64,000 bases of DNA from a virus (lineage: Duplodnaviria > Caudoviricetes), in IMG/VR virus record IMGVR_UViG_3300010167_001484, positions 128,001 through 192,000 of that record; one strand, given 5' to 3'. Numbering within the stretch: position 1 is the first letter of the stretch; every line of letters starts with the position of its first letter. This document shows positions 58,666 through 64,000 of the stretch, one piece after another. The position numbers were made by a program, and so were the translations under genes. The notes under the pieces were generated by a model. The model saw only the letters and a program-made list of their open reading frames with translations, did no database searches and had not been told where the DNA came from.

Positions 58666-59802
58666 ATGAAAATATTGATAAAAGCTTCAGATAATAAATA
58701 TAATGCAGGTCCATATAAATATATAACGACACATGGTATAGGTCCAGGCACATTACCTAAAGATGTTGAACTTGTTAAGGTTGTAGATCTTCCGAATTTT
58801 AGGTGTGAATTATATCTGGATAGACCTTTGACATCTGAAGAGCTTGATTATTATGATATTCGTAGTGAAACAGGTGAAAGAGGTGGAGTCCAAGCATCTA
58901 TTGGACTAAATACTGCGTTGAATGCAGCAATTAGAGCTATAACCTGTGATGATGACGATTATCGTTATAAAATTATGAATAAACTTGCAAGAGGTACTTA
59001 TAAAATTCCTGAGGATATCTCCAGAAGAATTCATGATATCGTAGATAGTTGTGATTCAATGCCTGATGAGTCTAATAATTATCACGGAGATTGTGTAGAT
59101 AAATTGAAAAATATGATGGAAAATTCTGTTGAAGCGAGTCAACAATATATAAAATCAGATGAAACTTCTGATATAGTAGGGGATAGATATACTGGATCTG
59201 GTCTATATTCAGATAGGACTTGGAAAATATTGCCTGTAGATTTATTTAAAAGATTAGCGGAAGCTTTAGCTGATCCTCAAATTGTTGAAACTAAACCTAA
59301 GCACCCAAATCGAAGTGATCTGTATAAGAATAGATTTGAAGCATTTTCTAAAATAATTAATCTTCCAGAAGAATTCACCTCTGAAATTACTCAAACTTGG
59401 GATAGTGGATCACCTAGTGTTAAGATTAGTATAAAGTATGAAGATCAATCTGCTGGATATACTTATGAAGGGATTAGCCGTGAAGGTGAAGCAGGTATTA
59501 AAGATGCTATAAGTGTTATATATGAACGTATGTTAAGATACAGCGAACCTGGTTTATTAGACGAAGATTCTGTAGAGCGTTGGATAATAGTTGACAAAGA
59601 TGGTAAACAGACGTCTGATAAAGAATTTATCAGTGAAGAATCTGCTAACCAATGGAAAGAAGATGCAATCAGAACATGTTTACCTAACTTCAAATTGTCT
59701 TACTTATCAGAATATTATAATAGAGTTGTAAAAACATCTGATTCTACTGTCAAAAGTTCTGTAGATATCGATGATAGTATGCATGTGGGGGTTACTTTAT
59801 GA
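58666..59802 (+). CDS. Leader-bearing (MKILIKA) multidomain protein; first domain DarA C-terminal-like
   Basis: YKYITTHGIGPGTLPK...LYLDRPLTSEELDYYDI; internal VQAS, VEAS, YIKS, VKTS, VKSS motifs. Confidence 0.55.
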   Translation: MKILIKASDNKYNAGPYKYITTHGIGPGTLPKDVELVKVVDLPNFRCELYLDRPLTSEELDYYDIRSETGERGGVQASIGLNTALNAAIRAITCDDDDYRYKIMNKLARGTYKIPEDISRRIHDIVDSCDSMPDESNNYHGDCVDKLKNMMENSVEASQQYIKSDETSDIVGDRYTGSGLYSDRTWKILPVDLFKRLAEALADPQIVETKPKHPNRSDLYKNRFEAFSKIINLPEEFTSEITQTWDSGSPSVKISIKYEDQSAGYTYEGISREGEAGIKDAISVIYERMLRYSEPGLLDEDSVERWIIVDKDGKQTSDKEFISEESANQWKEDAIRTCLPNFKLSYLSEYYNRVVKTSDSTVKSSVDIDDSMHVGVTL

Positions 59803-60491
59803 AAAGATTAGTCAGGACATCTAATGAAATTTTAGGAGTATCTGGAACAATTCGTAGTCAGATTGTATCTAGAATAAGAGAAAGATTATCTTCTGAGCTT
59901 GAAGGTAAATTCAAACTTGCGGATATAGATTGTTATGACGATTACTTCTATTGTAAAGTCATATATTATATTCCTGGTGTTAAAGATGAATTTGTAAATA
60001 AATCAATATCAATTGAATGGGATGATAATAATTCCTCTGATACTATTGATATGATTGATATTGAAGTTGATGCTGTAGTAGAATATTTTAATACTAAGTC
60101 TGGAGAAATTTCAGCTAGATATGATAAATATGCTAAAATTAATCCTCGTACAGAGAAAGCTATTGAAGATAGATTCCGTCTGCATAAAACTTTCAAAGAA
60201 GAGGATGAAGCGGTAGATGCTGCAATAAATATATTATCTAAATTCAATTTTGAAGTTGATATTTCTTCTAGAAAAGAACGGGAAGAATTAGATAAAGGTA
60301 TTGAGCCTAGTTCCTATGAACAGAGGATAAATTATGATGTATATCATAATGATAAGTTAGTTAATGGAGGATTACAAGTTAAGAGATGTTTCCGGGATAA
60401 AGAGATGCCTTCGTTAAGTTGGGCTGTTAATGGGGCACCTTTCAATTATTATCTTATACAAATGTATATGTTTGATAAAGCTTATAGATGA
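59799..60491 (+). CDS. Leader-bearing (MKRLVRT) protein
   Basis: ORF; coupled ATGA. Confidence 0.65.
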   Translation: MKRLVRTSNEILGVSGTIRSQIVSRIRERLSSELEGKFKLADIDCYDDYFYCKVIYYIPGVKDEFVNKSISIEWDDNNSSDTIDMIDIEVDAVVEYFNTKSGEISARYDKYAKINPRTEKAIEDRFRLHKTFKEEDEAVDAAINILSKFNFEVDISSRKEREELDKGIEPSSYEQRINYDVYHNDKLVNGGLQVKRCFRDKEMPSLSWAVNGAPFNYYLIQMYMFDKAYR

Positions 60492-60505
60492 TGAGAGATG
60501 TTTTA

Positions 60506-60739
60506 ATGAAAAGATTAATACGTGCAGATAATAATATTTCACCTTATAGTGTAGGTGATAGAGTTTCTTATGATGCTAATATAAGAGGAGTTACACCAAG
60601 ATTAGGTGAGGGTGAAATTGTTAAAGTAAGTAGAGGTTATGCTACAAGTGGTCATTCTACATCTTGGGAATATTCTATAAAAGAAGACGATGGTCATATA
60701 TGGGTAGCTGATGAACTTATGATAATAGACAAATTATAA
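60506..60739 (+). CDS. Leader-bearing (MKRLIRA) small SH3-like protein
   Basis: Start moved to ATG 60506; YSVGDRV..GEIVKV..YSIK. Confidence 0.6.
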   Translation: MKRLIRADNNISPYSVGDRVSYDANIRGVTPRLGEGEIVKVSRGYATSGHSTSWEYSIKEDDGHIWVADELMIIDKL

Positions 60740-60765
60740 TTTATAGGAATTGTGAGATTAGAATT

Positions 60766-61086
60766 ATGAAAAAATTAATTCGAGCTAGTGCAGATTATCG
60801 TAAATGTAGTAGATGTAGAGATTTATTACATATGGAGGAATTCGATGGAGATAATCAAATATGTAACAGATGTATTGATTTACCTGATATAGAGGATGCC
60901 CCTGAATTAAGAATGTGTCAATATTGTCATAAAGAATTTCCTAAAGAAGATATGACTTGGACTATTGACTGTCAAGGTATAAATTACAGATATGTTGATG
61001 ATAGTTGTTATGATAAATTGATGGCTAAAGGGTATGATGGGCAATATTACGATGAGCGAGATGAAAATCTTGATTATGACTATTGA
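60766..61086 (+). CDS. Leader-bearing (MKKLIRA) zinc-finger protein
   Basis: CSRC, CNRC, CQYC. Confidence 0.65.
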   Translation: MKKLIRASADYRKCSRCRDLLHMEEFDGDNQICNRCIDLPDIEDAPELRMCQYCHKEFPKEDMTWTIDCQGINYRYVDDSCYDKLMAKGYDGQYYDERDENLDYDY

Positions 61087-61108
61087 TATATGTGAAATGA
61101 GGTAAATT

Positions 61109-61348
61109 ATGAAATTAGTTATTAAAGCAAATGCAGGTATCTCAGCTAATGGTAGATATTATGATTTGATAGATGATAATACTCAAACTGAATCTATAAG
61201 AATATTACGTGATGAGGGCTATTCTAATAATGAGATATTTGATGGAATAGTTAATTATGAAGGTGGATTAGCATCTGGTTGGGAAATACGTAATCTGATT
61301 GAAAGCGTATATAATGTCAAAGTTGATATAATTGCTATGAAGAGTTAA
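61109..61348 (+). CDS. Leader-bearing (MKLVIKA) small protein
   Basis: ORF plus GAGG RBS. Confidence 0.6.
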   Translation: MKLVIKANAGISANGRYYDLIDDNTQTESIRILRDEGYSNNEIFDGIVNYEGGLASGWEIRNLIESVYNVKVDIIAMKS

Positions 61349-61362
61349 TATAGAATTTTGGG

Positions 61363-61842
61363 TTGATAAATATGCTAGATAATAGTCTCGGTAAAAAAGC
61401 AGAAAAGAAAATTAAAGAATGGTTAGATATACCTGAAGATGGTTATTGTTTCGATCGTCTAAAGGATCAACAAACAGGTTTCTATGGTTCTAAGAATATA
61501 TGTGATTTTACATTATTTAAATCACCATATTTTTATTATATAGAATCTAAAAGTACTTGGGAGAATCGTATAGATTTCAGTGTGATAAGTGATTATCAAT
61601 ATGATAACCTTCTTAGAAAATCTAAGATAGAGAATGTATACGGTGTTGTTATAGTGTTATTTGCCACAGAGAAAAGGGCTTTTATTCTAGATATACAGGA
61701 TATACATAAGGTTAAACAAGAAGGAACCAAATCATTGAATATCACAAAAATAGATAAGTGGTCAATTAAATATAGAGAAATACAAACAATACCAAATAAT
61801 CGTAAAGAATTATTAGATTATATAGGTGAATTTGAGGTATGA
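61363..61842 (+). CDS. RecU-like Holliday junction resolvase (PD-(D/E)xK)
   Basis: GKKAE..I; CDF; IESKST; I.F..I..YQ...L; G.VIV.F. Confidence 0.75.
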   Translation: MINMLDNSLGKKAEKKIKEWLDIPEDGYCFDRLKDQQTGFYGSKNICDFTLFKSPYFYYIESKSTWENRIDFSVISDYQYDNLLRKSKIENVYGVVIVLFATEKRAFILDIQDIHKVKQEGTKSLNITKIDKWSIKYREIQTIPNNRKELLDYIGEFEV

Positions 61843-62057
61843 AGAGATTAATTAGGGCATCTAAGACGATAGATCTTGAAGCTCAAGATGTTAAGCCTGG
61901 AGATCAATTGATTTTAGATAATCCGAGTGATGTAGAAGAGGTTATAGAATCTTTCACCAAAAATTCTAATAAGGGTTTAGAAACTACAATAATCACTTCT
62001 GGTAATATATATCATACATATGATTGTAATACATATGTATCAGTGATACGAACTTAA
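61839..62057 (+). CDS. Leader-bearing (MKRLIRA) small protein
   Basis: A.DVKPGD SH3-like start. Confidence 0.6.
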   Translation: MKRLIRASKTIDLEAQDVKPGDQLILDNPSDVEEVIESFTKNSNKGLETTIITSGNIYHTYDCNTYVSVIRT

Positions 62058-62077
62058 ACAGAAAGGGAATTCATATT

Positions 62078-62413
62078 ATGAAAAAATTAATTAAAACAGC
62101 TGAAGAGTTGAATCCTGTATTTAATCAGTTAGCTGATTCGGCAATTGCTGCTGGATATGATTTAAATGTTGATGGTCATGATATTATATTGACAACTGAT
62201 AATGAGATGTTTCCAACTCTCGATGTTATATCTGAACCCTTTAAAGATGGTTTCACATATGATGTTACTATGTCATTTCCTGTGTTGAATGCAGATAATA
62301 TGGAATATGTTGATTCAGCTGAATATTATATAAAATTGTGGTTACAGATTGCAAAATTTGTTACACAAATACATAAATTTACATATTCTGAAACTGAGGA
62401 ATCTGAAATATGA
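62078..62413 (+). CDS. Leader-bearing (MKKLIKT) protein
   Basis: ORF plus RBS. Confidence 0.6.
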   Translation: MKKLIKTAEELNPVFNQLADSAIAAGYDLNVDGHDIILTTDNEMFPTLDVISEPFKDGFTYDVTMSFPVLNADNMEYVDSAEYYIKLWLQIAKFVTQIHKFTYSETEESEI

Positions 62414-62607
62414 AGATATTTGTTAAAGCTAGTATGAAAAGTCGTTCAGGTGTATTCTTCAGATTAGATACCAGATTACAAGGATTTTTAACAGATCTGG
62501 AATATCTCAAACATCTATTTGATGAAGGAGAACTCACAGAAGAGGATGCATATGAAATATTGAATTTAATCCAAGGTGCACATACTCAAATTCAAGAATA
62601 TGTATAA
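62410..62607 (+). CDS. Leader-bearing (MKIFVKA) small protein
   Basis: ORF; coupled. Confidence 0.6.
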   Translation: MKIFVKASMKSRSGVFFRLDTRLQGFLTDLEYLKHLFDEGELTEEDAYEILNLIQGAHTQIQEYV

Positions 62608-62630
62608 ATAGAATATAGTATAAGAATATC

Positions 62631-62675
62631 TATTATAACCTTTTATAGTTCTGTAAAGGGTTATAATAATTTTTG
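62631..62675 (+). terminator. Terminator hairpin whose 5' arm contains a late-promoter-like motif
   Basis: TATTATAACCTTTTATA-GTTC-TGTAAAGGGTTATAATA then ATTTTT. Confidence 0.55.
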
Positions 62676-62702
62676 TAAATTATTAGGAAAGTAGTTACTA
62701 TA

Positions 62703-63017
62703 ATAAAGAAATTAATTAAATCTGCATCAGCCAGTACATATCAAGGAACAATATCAATTAATACTGGTAATATCATGTCTGCTATGGAGAAGTTGTATGA
62801 ATTTAGTGAGGATAATGTTAATTTAAGTGATGAATATGCATTTTTGACAAGACAAGAACAAGTTGAATTATTTTCTATGTGTGCAAATGCGTCACAAGAT
62901 ATATATGATTTAGTCATTAAATTGAATAATGAGATTTATGACTATCTTAATGGGAAATACCAACAAAGTGATGAACATGATGATTCTTTAAATTTTAAAC
63001 TTATGGGAGATCTATAA
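62703..63017 (+). CDS. Leader-bearing protein with ATA at the start position (xKKLIKSA...)
   Basis: ATA AAG AAA TTA ATT AAA TCT in frame with and 72 nt upstream of the called ATG at 62775. Confidence 0.55.
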   Translation: MKKLIKSASASTYQGTISINTGNIMSAMEKLYEFSEDNVNLSDEYAFLTRQEQVELFSMCANASQDIYDLVIKLNNEIYDYLNGKYQQSDEHDDSLNFKLMGDL

Positions 63018-63019
63018 TT

Positions 63020-64000
63020 ATGAGTACTACATTATCCGTTATACAGAATTCTATAGTTAAAGCGAATCTCAAGGGGATGTCAGATAGATTAGAACATATT
63101 GCAGGTATCATAGCTAATCTATTAGCAGAAGCTGGTAAGAATTTATGTCCATTTCAACAAGAAATCAAAGCTAAAGTAGGATTAGGTTTGATGCAATGGA
63201 GTTATGGTCGTAGAGAATCATTAGAAGCATTCATGTGGAGTAATGGTATTGATAAGAATCAATTTATAGCTGAAATGAATAGACATCTTGATAAAGGATG
63301 TGCAGATACTTCAATACATCCAACAGAATTCTTCAATAAGGTTTTAGATGTTCAAATAAAATTCATGTTACATGAACTTACAACAACTTGGGAGAAGTTC
63401 TATTTCAATTTTGTTGATTATCCTACAAACAAAACAGGTGAAGCTGGAGCTAAAGCTTATGCAGAATTATTCTGCGTATTATCCTTACGTCCAAGTCAAG
63501 GAGGTACTAATGATAATATTCAAGATTTGGGAGTACAAAAAGCACTCAAAGAAAGCGATTTCGGTGGTAAAGGTGTACTCGGTAGAATAAATTATTCTCA
63601 ATTAAATGTAAGACGTAATAATGCTGTTGATGTTCTTAAACAATTAACTACTGTCCAAACTACTGTCCAAACTACTACACAACCCAGTGTACAAACTAAT
63701 ATATCAGGAGGAACAACTATAATGCAAGGTACAGCTATGACAAGAGCACAGGCGATAGCTAAATGGCCATCTAATTGCGATTTAACTATGGTCGATTTGA
63801 GAACAGGTAACACATTCAAAATTAGAGGAGGTCCGCCTAAAAATTATAGCCATTCAGATTGGATGTATAAAGCAAAAACTGATTTTGATTTGCATCGTAG
63901 ATTGAATGGTAGAGCTTGGACTGCTAGACCTGGATTGATTAAAGAAGTTGGATGTATAGTATCTTTTCATAGTTTCAATCATTCAATTCCTGTAGCATCT
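63020..64000 (+). CDS. Cell-wall hydrolase (Phage_lysozyme2-like plus the His-rich domain shared with 17783); runs off the window
   Basis: IAGIIANLLAEAG..GLGLMQWSYGRR..QIKFMLHEL; later VDLRTG..HSDW..WTARP..HSFNHS. Confidence 0.7.
   Translation, partial: MSTTLSVIQNSIVKANLKGMSDRLEHIAGIIANLLAEAGKNLCPFQQEIKAKVGLGLMQWSYGRRESLEAFMWSNGIDKNQFIAEMNRHLDKGCADTSIHPTEFFNKVLDVQIKFMLHELTTTWEKFYFNFVDYPTNKTGEAGAKAYAELFCVLSLRPSQGGTNDNIQDLGVQKALKESDFGGKGVLGRINYSQLNVRRNNAVDVLKQLTTVQTTVQTTTQPSVQTNISGGTTIMQGTAMTRAQAIAKWPSNCDLTMVDLRTGNTFKIRGGPPKNYSHSDWMYKAKTDFDLHRRLNGRAWTARPGLIKEVGCIVSFHSFNHSIPVAS

Noticed and set aside
52645-63017. Leader as a Sec/lipoprotein signal peptide, or as an integron-like DNA cassette site
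   Set aside because: No hydrophobic h-region or lipobox follows; intergenic regions lack a conserved inverted-repeat site and leader codons vary synonymously.

Overview
AT-rich, single-strand (+) gene-dense segment of a large myovirus-type phage (standard genetic code; cell-wall hydrolase content suggests a Gram-positive, probably clostridial, host). It holds most of a T4-like morphogenesis region: duplicated tail-assembly chaperones, tape measure, baseplate hub/spike/wedge genes, four peptidoglycan-hydrolase-type domains, several fibre/adhesin genes, a gp21-like prohead protease fused to a coiled-coil scaffold, a gp23-like major capsid protein and a gp13-like neck protein. It also holds an intein-interrupted SNF2 helicase and a RecU-like resolvase. 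The most striking signal is that about 26 otherwise unrelated, mostly acidic ORFs start with the same ~7-residue leader, M-K-[RKVI]-[LVI]-[IV]-[RK]-[AS]. Eighteen lie in a near-contiguous array at 52.6-63.0 kb and the rest are scattered, some inside the structural operon. The leader ends in the same [IV]-x-[ASG] motif that is repeated in the MCP propeptide and the protease/scaffold. This suggests a large capsid-targeting and maturation-cleavage system for packaged and injected cargo, analogous to but much larger than the T4 internal-protein CTS. Other notable items: a tail-chaperone frameshift that appears hard-wired by gene duplication, a compact loop-E-containing structured RNA, three phased palindromes with lox-like arms, a recurrent late-promoter motif AACCTWWWATAT, a Dps-like domain in the head module and a possible protease-released amphipathic peptide. 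All functional calls come from motif recognition by eye; no searches were run.
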